From assembly GCA_035498015.1 (NCBI GenBank), contig DATKAO010000154.1:870-64869 (forward strand): DNA of 64,000 bases. The letters are read 5' to 3'. Of the stretch, positions 56,041-64,000 are shown one piece after another (the stretch's first letter is position 1; each line of letters begins with the position of its first letter). The notes under the pieces are model-generated. The model ran no database searches. It was not told where the DNA came from and saw only the letters and a program-made list of their open reading frames with translations. This DNA comes from Myxococcota bacterium. GTDB taxonomy: Bacteria; Myxococcota_A; UBA9160; SZUA-336. The position numbers and the translations under genes were made by a program.

Positions 56041-56628
56041 CTAGGACGGCGCGCGGAGCTCGTCGCCGTCGATGTCGACCCAGCTCACGTGCAGTGACAC
56101 GCCCCAGCTGTGCGCGCCTGGGACGACTTCGCTCAGTGCGGACAGGAGCGCGCGTTCCTTGCGCGCGCCGTCGGGCAGGATCACGTGCAGGCCCTGCTCG
56201 CTCTGGTTCTCGGCGAGCCCGTGCACGAGACCGCGCAGGAGACTCACGGCGTCGTCGTTGAAGTCGATCGCGCCCGGGCACGCCAGGAGCGCCGCGGGGC
56301 TGTGCATCATGAGCAGCTTGCCGGCCGCGGAGCGCATGGCGCGCAGGATCGGCCGCGAGCCGCCGCGCGCGGGAGCTGCGCCCACACCCACCAGCAGGAG
56401 CCGGCTGGGAGACAGCGGCCGCGCGCCGGGCAGCAGCGCCGCCTCGCCCAGCTGACCCGAGACGTAGCCGGTGCGGAGCTGCTCCGAGATCAGCCCGCAC
56501 AGCCGCCAATCGACCAGGCCCGCGTCGCCGCGCAGCGGCCGCTCGTCTTCGGGGACGGGCACGAGAATGGTGTCTGCCGGGGCCTCGGTCACCGAGCCGG
56601 GAAAGAGCGACAGCTCCAGCCGACTCAC
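56041..56628 (-). CDS. Hypothetical protein translationally coupled to nusB
   Basis: GTG start at 56628 in a GTGA overlap with the nusB stop. 195 aa. Weak resemblance to alpha/beta N-terminal domains (...LLLVGVGAAP...). No confident family assignment. Confidence 0.35.
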   Translation of the reverse strand: MSRLELSLFPGSVTEAPADTILVPVPEDERPLRGDAGLVDWRLCGLISEQLRTGYVSGQLGEAALLPGARPLSPSRLLLVGVGAAPARGGSRPILRAMRSAAGKLLMMHSPAALLACPGAIDFNDDAVSLLRGLVHGLAENQSEQGLHVILPDGARKERALLSALSEVVPGAHSWGVSLHVSWVDIDGDELRAPS

Positions 56629-57074
56629 GCGGCGCCCCCGCGCGGGCCGCGCGCCTGGCGCGCCACCACGTCGAGCACGCCGTTCACGAAGGCGGGCGAC
56701 TTCTCGCTGGCGAAGCGGCGCGCGACCTCGACGGCCTCGTCGATCACCACCTCGGCGGGCGTCTCCGGCTCGAACAGGAGCTCGAAGCCGGCGATGCGCA
56801 GCACGTTGCGCTCCACGGCCGCGAGCCGCTCGATCTTCCAGTGCTCGCTGGCGGCGGCGATCGCGAGGTCGATGTCTTTCAGGTGGTGCACCACGCCCAG
56901 ACACAGCTCGAGCGCCCGCTCGCGCGCGCGCTTGGGCAGGTCGAACTCCTCACACACGGAGTCGAAGGAGTCGCGCACGACGTGCGAGTCGAGCTGGCCG
57001 CTCGCCAGGTCGGCGGCGAACAGCACCTGCAGCGCCGCTTCGCGGGCCATGCGCCGGGGGCCGTGCGTGCCCAT
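56625..57074 (-). CDS. nusB: Transcription antitermination factor NusB
   Basis: RRMAREAALQVLFAADLASGQ...WKIERLAAVERNVLRIAGFELLFEPETPAEVVIDEAVEVARRFASEKSPAFVNGVLD is NusB. Confidence 0.9.
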   Translation of the reverse strand: MGTHGPRRMAREAALQVLFAADLASGQLDSHVVRDSFDSVCEEFDLPKRARERALELCLGVVHHLKDIDLAIAAASEHWKIERLAAVERNVLRIAGFELLFEPETPAEVVIDEAVEVARRFASEKSPAFVNGVLDVVARQARGPRGGAA

Positions 57075-57077
57075 GGC

Positions 57078-57551
57078 TCAGCCCTCCTCCAGGCGCTGGG
57101 CGAGGCGGATCATCTCGGTCACGACCTCGGCCGCTTCGGCGCCCTTGTTCGAGCCGGGCTCTTCGGGCTTGGCCGCGCGCTCGAGCGCCTGCTCGACGGT
57201 GTCGGTCGTGAGCACGCAGAAAGCGATCGGGAGGTTCTCGGCCAGGGCCACCCGGCCGACCCCGTCGGTGACTCCCTGGCACACGTACTCGAAGTGCGCG
57301 GTGTCTCCGCGGATCACCGTGCCGATCGCCACCAGCCCGTCGTAGCGGCCGGTGCGCGCGGCGCGCTGTGCCGCCAGCGGGATCTCGAACGAGCCCGGCA
57401 CCCACAGCACGTCGAGTGACTCGCAGCCCAGCTCCACGAGCTGCGCCGCGCAGCCCTCGAGCAGGCGCGAGGTGATCAGGTGGTTGAAGCGCGAGACCAC
57501 CGCCGCGATGCGCAGGCCGCGCGCGTCGAGTCGGGTTTCGATGGTTCGCAT
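57078..57551 (-). CDS. ribH: 6,7-dimethyl-8-ribityllumazine synthase
   Basis: LRIAAVVSRFNHLITSRLLEG...VLWVPGSFEIPLAAQRAA...GLVAIGTVIRGDTAHFEYV. Confidence 0.9.
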   Translation of the reverse strand: MRTIETRLDARGLRIAAVVSRFNHLITSRLLEGCAAQLVELGCESLDVLWVPGSFEIPLAAQRAARTGRYDGLVAIGTVIRGDTAHFEYVCQGVTDGVGRVALAENLPIAFCVLTTDTVEQALERAAKPEEPGSNKGAEAAEVVTEMIRLAQRLEEG

Positions 57552-57554
57552 GGG

Positions 57555-58655
57555 TCAGAGCTCCGCGATGGCGTGCAGGTCCGGTCCGAGACGATGCCAC
57601 GAGATACGGCTCGGGCGAAGGGCCTTCGCCAGCCGCTTCACCTGGAGCGCGCCCAGCACCGGACGACCTTCCACCCCAATGATTACGGGCGCGACGAAGA
57701 AATGCATGCGGTCGACCAGGCGCGCGCGCAACAAGGCGGCAGCGAGCTGGCCCCCGCCCTCGACCAGCAAGTCGTTCACGCCCAGCCGCCCCAGCGCGCG
57801 CCAGGCGGCGCGCAGGTCGAGGTGGCCGCCGCGGGCCGGCACCGGGACGAGGCGCACACCGGCGCGCTCGAGGCGCGCGCGACGGCGCGGGGCCGGACGG
57901 GGCCCGCAGAGCGAGATCGAGGCGCCCATCGGGTTCGGGGCGAACAGCCGGGCGGTGGCTGGAACCACCAGGCCGGTGTCCACCGCGATGCGCACGGGCC
58001 GGTGCACGATCCGGCTCCCGCGCCGTGCGGTGAGCTCGGGATCGTCGGCGAGCGCCGTGGCCGAGCCCACCGCGATCGCGTCCACCTGCGCGCGCAGCGC
58101 GTGCACCGCGGCGCGCGCGGCCGGGCCGGTGATCCAGCGCGAGTCACCGCTCTCGGTGGCGATCCGGCCGTCCAGGCTCGCCGCGAGCTTCAAGGTGGTG
58201 AAGGGCCGGCCCCGGGTGACTCGTGACGCGAAGCCTTCGTGGAGCTCGGCGCAGGCCGCGCGCTCGACCCCCAGCGCGACTTCGATGCCCGCGGCGCGCA
58301 GCCGGCGCAAGCTGCGGCCCGACGTGCGCGGATCGGGGTCGACGATGCCCACCACGACCCGTTTGAGACGCGCGGCGATCAGCGCGTCGACGCACGGCGG
58401 CGTGCGGCCGGTGTGCGCGCAGGGCTCGAGCGTGACGTAGAGCGTCGCGCCTCTGGCGGCGGCGCCGGCGCGCGCGAGCGCGCGGGTCTCGGCGTGCGGC
58501 GCGCCGCCGTCGGCGGTGCGCGCGCGCGCCAACACGCGCCCGCCCTTCACCAAGAGCGCCCCGACGCACGGGTTGGGCGCGGTGCGGCCGCGGCCGCGGC
58601 GGGCGAGTTCGATCGCGGCGCGCATGAACGCGCCGTCGCGCTCCGCGTCACTCAC
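57555..58655 (-). CDS. ribD: Bifunctional diaminohydroxyphosphoribosylaminopyrimidine deaminase / 5-amino-6-(5-phosphoribosylamino)uracil reductase
   Basis: CMP/dCMP-type deaminase zinc motif HAETRAL...TLYVTLEPCAHTGRTPPC and a C-terminal RibD reductase domain. Confidence 0.85.
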   Translation of the reverse strand: MSDAERDGAFMRAAIELARRGRGRTAPNPCVGALLVKGGRVLARARTADGGAPHAETRALARAGAAARGATLYVTLEPCAHTGRTPPCVDALIAARLKRVVVGIVDPDPRTSGRSLRRLRAAGIEVALGVERAACAELHEGFASRVTRGRPFTTLKLAASLDGRIATESGDSRWITGPAARAAVHALRAQVDAIAVGSATALADDPELTARRGSRIVHRPVRIAVDTGLVVPATARLFAPNPMGASISLCGPRPAPRRRARLERAGVRLVPVPARGGHLDLRAAWRALGRLGVNDLLVEGGGQLAAALLRARLVDRMHFFVAPVIIGVEGRPVLGALQVKRLAKALRPSRISWHRLGPDLHAIAEL

Positions 58656-59109
58656 CTTTCTTGGGTGCCAGCTCGTCGATGGCGTCGCGGAAGTCTTCGA
58701 TCGTGCCGAAGCCGAGATACACCGACATGAAGCGCAGCCAGGCCACCGGGTCGAGCGCGCGCAGCTCCGCCTGCACCTCGTCGCCGATGCGGGTGCTCGC
58801 GATCTCGCGCTCGCCGCTGTCGAGAATCACGCGCTCGATGCGCACCACCGCCTGCTCGATCGCGTCGACCGACACCGGCCGCTTCTGACACGCCTTCTGG
58901 ATGCCGGTGATGATCTTCAGCCGGTCGAACAGCTCGCGCCGTCCGTCGCGCTTGACGACCATCGGGAACAGGTCCTCGATCCGCTCGTAAGTCGTGAAGC
59001 GCCGCCCGCACTCGGAGCACTCGCGGCGGCGGCGTTTCACGGCCGCGTCGCGCTGATTCCGCGCGTCGATCACCTTGGTGTCGGGGTGATCGCAGAAGGG
59101 GCAGCGCAT
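58648..59109 (-). CDS. nrdR: Transcriptional repressor NrdR
   Basis: MRCPFCDHPDTKVIDARNQRD...RRRECSECGRRFTTYE zinc ribbon plus ATP-cone. Precedes ribD, as is common. Confidence 0.9.
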   Translation of the reverse strand: MRCPFCDHPDTKVIDARNQRDAAVKRRRRECSECGRRFTTYERIEDLFPMVVKRDGRRELFDRLKIITGIQKACQKRPVSVDAIEQAVVRIERVILDSGEREIASTRIGDEVQAELRALDPVAWLRFMSVYLGFGTIEDFRDAIDELAPKKGE

Positions 59110-59122
59110 CGCGGTCGCTCGC

Positions 59123-60367
<1,245 letters not shown>

Positions 60368-60386
60368 CGGCGGGGTCCTCCGGGGC

Positions 60387-61661
60387 TCAGGTGTCGCGAT
60401 CGTAGCGCGCGATTGCCAGCGTGCCGTTGGTGCCGCCGAAGCCGAACGAGTTCGAGAGCGCCACGCGCACGGGCACCTCGCGCATGACGTTCGGCACGTA
60501 GTCGAGGTCGCACTCGGGGTCGGGGTCGGTGAGGTTGATGGTGGGCGGGAGCTTGCCCTGCTTGACCGCCAGCGCCGTGAAGATTCCCTCGATGCCGCCG
60601 GCGCCGCCCAGCGCGTGTCCGGTCATCGACTTGGTCGAAGACACCGCCAGGCGCCGGGCGTGCTCGCCGAACACGCGCTTGATGGCGAGTGTCTCGATCT
60701 TGTCGTTGAGCTCGGTGCTGGTGCCGTGCGCGTTGATGTAGCCCACCTCTTCGGGGGCGATGCCCGCGTCGCGCAGCGCGGCGCGCATGGAGAGCTGTGC
60801 GCCGATGCCGTCCTCGGGCGGCGCGGTCATGTGGTTGGCGTCGCCCGACATGCCGTAGCCGACCACCTCGGCGTGGATGCGCGCGCCGCGCGCCAGCGCG
60901 TGCTCGAGTGACTCCAGGATGACCACGCCCGCGGCCTCCGAGATCACGAAGCCGTCGCGATTGCGGTCGAACGGCCGGCTCGCGCGCTGCGGGTCGTCGT
61001 TGCGGGTGGAGAGCGCGCGCATGGCGGCGAAGCCCGCGACGCCCAGCCGGTTGACCGGCGCCTCGACACCGCCCGCGATCATCACGTCGGCGTCGCCCCG
61101 TTGCACGATGCGGAACGCGTCGCCGATGGCGTGGGTACCGGTGGTGCAGGCGGTCACCACGCACGAGTTGGGCCCGCGCGCGCCGTAGCGCATGGACACC
61201 ACGCCCGAGGCCATGTTCGCGATCGCGTAGGGCACGAAGAAGGCCGAGATGCGGCGCGGGCCGCGGTTCGCGAGCGCCTCGCAGTTGTCGTACATGGTCT
61301 GCAAGCCCGCGATGCCGGTGCCGATCAGCACGCCCGTGCGCTCGGAGCGCTCGGGCGGCACGACCCACGCGGCGTCGTTCATGGCCTCGACCGCGGCCGC
61401 CGTGGCGTACTGCAGGAACTTGTCGTAGCGGCGCGCTTCCTTCTTCTCGATCAGGGTCTCGGGGTCGAAGCCCTTGATCTGCGCGCCGAACTTCACCGGC
61501 AGATCGCTGGTGTCGAAGCCCTCGAGCAGCGCGACGCCGGACACGCCCTTGAGCGCCGCGTTCCAGCTCGTCGGCACGTCGTTGCCCAGCGGATTCACCG
61601 TGCCCATGCCGGTGATCACGACGCGGTGCAGCTCGATCGTGCGAGAGCGCATGCGCGCCAT
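60387..61661 (-). CDS. fabF: 3-oxoacyl-ACP synthase II
   Basis: [15 protein letters not shown], active-site Cys region ...[18 protein letters not shown]..., His-His region ...[13 protein letters not shown]...[11 protein letters not shown]. Confidence 0.9.
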   Translation of the reverse strand: MARMRSRTIELHRVVITGMGTVNPLGNDVPTSWNAALKGVSGVALLEGFDTSDLPVKFGAQIKGFDPETLIEKKEARRYDKFLQYATAAAVEAMNDAAWVVPPERSERTGVLIGTGIAGLQTMYDNCEALANRGPRRISAFFVPYAIANMASGVVSMRYGARGPNSCVVTACTTGTHAIGDAFRIVQRGDADVMIAGGVEAPVNRLGVAGFAAMRALSTRNDDPQRASRPFDRNRDGFVISEAAGVVILESLEHALARGARIHAEVVGYGMSGDANHMTAPPEDGIGAQLSMRAALRDAGIAPEEVGYINAHGTSTELNDKIETLAIKRVFGEHARRLAVSSTKSMTGHALGGAGGIEGIFTALAVKQGKLPPTINLTDPDPECDLDYVPNVMREVPVRVALSNSFGFGGTNGTLAIARYDRDT

Positions 61662-61665
61662 CGAG

Positions 61666-61911
61666 TCAGTCGTCCCTTCCCGCCGTGCGCTCTTCCACGT
61701 AGTTGATCGCGTCGGCGATGCTCTGCATGCGCTCGGCGTCCTCGTCCGGGATCTCGAGCCCGAACTCCTCTTCGATCGCCATCACCAGCTCGACGATGTC
61801 GAGTGAGTCCGCGCCCAGGTCGTCGATGAACGACGCCTCGGGCACGACCTCCTCGGCAGACACACCGAGCTGCTCGACGATGATCTCACGAATCTTGTCC
61901 TCGACCGCCAT
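61666..61911 (-). CDS. acpP: Acyl carrier protein
   Basis: [60 protein letters not shown] with the DSL phosphopantetheine site. 81 aa. The listed 210-aa ORF is a shadow extension. Confidence 0.9.
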   Translation of the reverse strand: MAVEDKIREIIVEQLGVSAEEVVPEASFIDDLGADSLDIVELVMAIEEEFGLEIPDEDAERMQSIADAINYVEERTAGRDD

Positions 61912-62657
61912 CAGTCCAAGCCCCCGTTCACGTGAATCACTTGACCCGTCACGTAGCTCGCCGCGTCGCTCGCCAGGAAGCGCACCGCGCCGGCCACGTC
62001 TTCCCCCGTGCCCAGCCGGCCGAGCGGAATGCGCTCGACCAGCACCGCCTTGGCCTGCTCGGGCAGGTCCTTGGTCATGTCGGTGTCGATGAAGCCCGGC
62101 GCGACCGCGTTCACGGTCACGTTGCGGCTGCCGATCTCGCGCGCCAGCGAACGGGTGAGCGCCTCGAGCCCGCCCTTGCTGGCCGCGTAGTTGCTCTGTC
62201 CCGGGTTTCCCATTCCGGCCACGACCGACGACAAGTTGATGATCCGGCCGAAGCGCTGTTTCAGCATGGGCTTCGCGACCGCCCGGCACACGCTCCACGC
62301 CCCGCGCAGGTTGGTCGCGATCACCGCGTCGAAATCCTCGGGCTTCATGCGCAAGATCAGCTGGTCGCGCGCGATGCCGGCGTTGTTCACGGCCACGTCG
62401 ATGCGCTTGTGCTCCTGCAGGATGCCGGCGACCAGCGCCTCGACCGCCTCGTGATCGGCCACGTCGCAGCGCACGGCCTTGCCGGACCCGCCGGCCTCGG
62501 CGATCGCCTTCTCGGTCTCGCGCGCCGCCTCGGGGTTCGCCACGTAGGTGAACACGACCTGGGCGCCCGCGCGCGCCAGCTCGATCGCGATCGCGCGGCC
62601 GATGCCGCGCGAGCCACCGGTCACCAGCGCCACCTTGCCGGCCAGCGAGTCACTCAT
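61911..62657 (-). CDS. fabG: 3-oxoacyl-ACP reductase
   Basis: Internal ATG at 62657. [18 protein letters not shown]...NNAGI...[21 protein letters not shown] (YxxxK). SDR family. Confidence 0.9.
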   Translation of the reverse strand: MSDSLAGKVALVTGGSRGIGRAIAIELARAGAQVVFTYVANPEAARETEKAIAEAGGSGKAVRCDVADHEAVEALVAGILQEHKRIDVAVNNAGIARDQLILRMKPEDFDAVIATNLRGAWSVCRAVAKPMLKQRFGRIINLSSVVAGMGNPGQSNYAASKGGLEALTRSLAREIGSRNVTVNAVAPGFIDTDMTKDLPEQAKAVLVERIPLGRLGTGEDVAGAVRFLASDAASYVTGQVIHVNGGLD

Positions 62658-63589
62658 GCGGTCACCTCCGCGGCGCGCGCCACCGCGCCCTCGAGGTCGG
62701 CCAGCTTCTCCACGTTGGCGCGGCCCAGGTTGCGGTCGATCTTCGCCGCCAGGCCGCTCAGCACCTTGCCGGGCCCGACCTCGAGCTCGAGCTGCGCGCC
62801 CGCGGCGATCAGCGCCTGCACGCACTCGACCCAGCGCACCGGCGCAGTCACTTGCGCGCGCAGGCGCGCGCGCGCGTCGGCGACCGACGTGTAGGGCTTG
62901 GCGTCGACGTTCGAGACCACCGGCGTACGCAGCTCGCGGAAGCCCGCCGCGCCGAGCTCGGGCGTGAGCTTCTCCATCGCGGGCGTCATGAGCTCGCAGT
63001 GGAAGGGGGCAGACACCTCGAGCGGCACCACGCGCTTGGCGCCGGCCTTGAGCAGCGCCTCGCCGGCCGCTCGCACGGCCGCGCTGCGCCCCGCGATCAC
63101 GGTCTGCACGGGTGAGTTGAAGTTCGCCGGCGCCACGACGCCGGGAGTCTCTCGGCAGATGCGCGCCACGGTCTCGGGGTCCGAGCCCAGGATGGCCGCC
63201 ATCGCGCCCTCGCCCTGCGGCACGGCCTCCTGCATCAGCGCGCCGCGCCGGCGCACGAGCTTCACGGCGTCGGCCAGCGGCAGCCCGCCCGCAGCCACCA
63301 CCGCCGCGTACTCACCGAGGCTGTGACCCGCGAACAGGAGCGGCGGGTTGGGCAGGCGTGTCTCGACCACGCGCCAGATGGCGATCGAGGCCGCGAGCAC
63401 CGCCGGCTGAGTCACTTCCGTGCGCGCGAGCTCCGACTCGGGTCCGCGCGCGATCAGGTCGACGAGCCCGCCGCCGAACGCCGCGTCGGCCTCGTCGAGC
63501 GCCGCGCGCGCGCCGGGGAAGCGCTCCGCGAAGTCCGTCGCCATACCGACGGCCTGCGAGCCCTGTCCGGGGAAGACGACTGCCAGCAT
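62654..63589 (-). CDS. fabD: Malonyl CoA-ACP transacylase
   Basis: Internal ATG at 63589. AVVFPGQGSQAVGM...GHSLGEYAA (GHSLG active-site serine). Confidence 0.9.
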   Translation of the reverse strand: MLAVVFPGQGSQAVGMATDFAERFPGARAALDEADAAFGGGLVDLIARGPESELARTEVTQPAVLAASIAIWRVVETRLPNPPLLFAGHSLGEYAAVVAAGGLPLADAVKLVRRRGALMQEAVPQGEGAMAAILGSDPETVARICRETPGVVAPANFNSPVQTVIAGRSAAVRAAGEALLKAGAKRVVPLEVSAPFHCELMTPAMEKLTPELGAAGFRELRTPVVSNVDAKPYTSVADARARLRAQVTAPVRWVECVQALIAAGAQLELEVGPGKVLSGLAAKIDRNLGRANVEKLADLEGAVARAAEVTA

Positions 63590-63618
63590 CGCGCCCGCAT
63601 TCGGTGCGGCCAGCGGCC

Positions 63619-63810
63619 TTACACCTCCTGCTCCGCCTCGACCTGGAAGATCTGCCGGTCGCGATAGTGACCGCACTCGGCGCAGACCCGATGCGGGCGC
63701 TTGATGGCCCCGCACTTCGGGCAAGTCGAGCGGGCGGGCGGAGTCAGCGCGTCGTGCGCGCGCCGCATTCGCGACTGCGACTTGGACATCTTTTTCTTGG
63801 GACCAACCAT
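63619..63810 (-). CDS. rpmF: 50S ribosomal protein L32
   Basis: MVGPKKKMSKSQSRMRRAHDALTPPARSTCPKCGAIKRPHRVCAECGHY. RBS AAGGA upstream. Confidence 0.85.
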   Translation of the reverse strand: MVGPKKKMSKSQSRMRRAHDALTPPARSTCPKCGAIKRPHRVCAECGHYRDRQIFQVEAEQEV

Positions 63811-63823
63811 GACGGAATCCTTC

Positions 63824-64000
63824 TCACTTTCGGCGGCGGGGTCTCTGGCGCGATTCCTCGAGCATCTGTCCCAGCCCTGCGAACGGCCGGCTGGTCTGCT
63901 TCGTCTCGCAGGCGCAGGCTTGCTTGCTGCGCACGGCGCCGCACATCGGGCACAGCCCAAGGCACGACTCCGAGCAGAGTGGCTGCATGGGCCACGCGAG
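63824..64000 (-). CDS. yceD: YceD/DUF177 family protein (partial, C-terminal end only)
   Basis: Minus-strand frame reads ...CSESCLGLCPMCGAVRSKQACACETKQTSRPFAGLGQMLEESRQRPRRRK-stop. The CxxC...CxC tail and the position upstream of rpmF are typical of DUF177. Confidence 0.5.
   Translation of the reverse strand, partial: LAWPMQPLCSESCLGLCPMCGAVRSKQACACETKQTSRPFAGLGQMLEESRQRPRRRK

Overview
The window is high-GC (about 70-73% G+C) chromosomal DNA that is almost entirely coding, with a few alternative-frame start/stop overlaps. Gene content and family signatures (many DUF4388 proteins, MJ0042-type zinc ribbons, LpxI instead of LpxH, RelA/SpoT) point to a Myxococcota-like deltaproteobacterium; this is inference. 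The content is core housekeeping rather than an accessory island. From the left: ribosomal protein L28, an MsbA-like ABC exporter, a secreted aspartyl protease with a PDZ domain, pirin, an FKBP prolyl isomerase, a TetR regulator divergent from a crotonase, a HEAT-repeat protein divergent from a NADAR hydrolase, and small acyltransferase and glycosyltransferase genes. Next come relA/spoT, gmk, remA and yicC, then an LPS inner-core block (two heptosyltransferases, a GT2, lptF/G, Kdo kinase, trm112, kdsA) and bioB. A long minus-strand lipid A and outer-membrane-biogenesis block follows: lpxK, waaA, lpxB, a Gfo/Idh/MocA oxidoreductase, lpxI, lpxA, fabZ, skp and bamA. This is followed by a 13-gene co-directional array: lolD, lolC/E, lysS, prfB with its programmed +1 frameshift, lnt, ybeY, a 7TM-HD hydrolase, phoH, a DUF4388 protein and a TPR/zinc-ribbon protein. 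The window ends with murJ, rpsT, holA-lptE, zinc-ribbon and DUF4388 proteins, ribD-ribH-nusB, nrdR, glyA and a fab cluster (fabF, acpP, fabG, fabD, rpmF, yceD). No rRNA, tRNA, CRISPR array or mobile-element gene was recognised. The things worth a second look are at the DNA level. (1) A short palindromic motif family, GTGASTC / GAGTSACTC, recurs far more often than base composition predicts, in every reading frame and in intergenic DNA. (2) A REP-like hairpin element is present in three copies with compensatory stem changes, in inverted orientation on either side of holA-lptE. (3) The RF2 frameshift site closely mirrors the E. coli autoregulatory site. (4) The lipid A cluster has an unusual layout (no lpxD between skp and fabZ; a Gfo/Idh/MocA gene between lpxI and lpxB), and LolC/E carries an unusual N-terminal extension. 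All coordinates include the stop codon. Products were assigned by reading the translations, not by database search.
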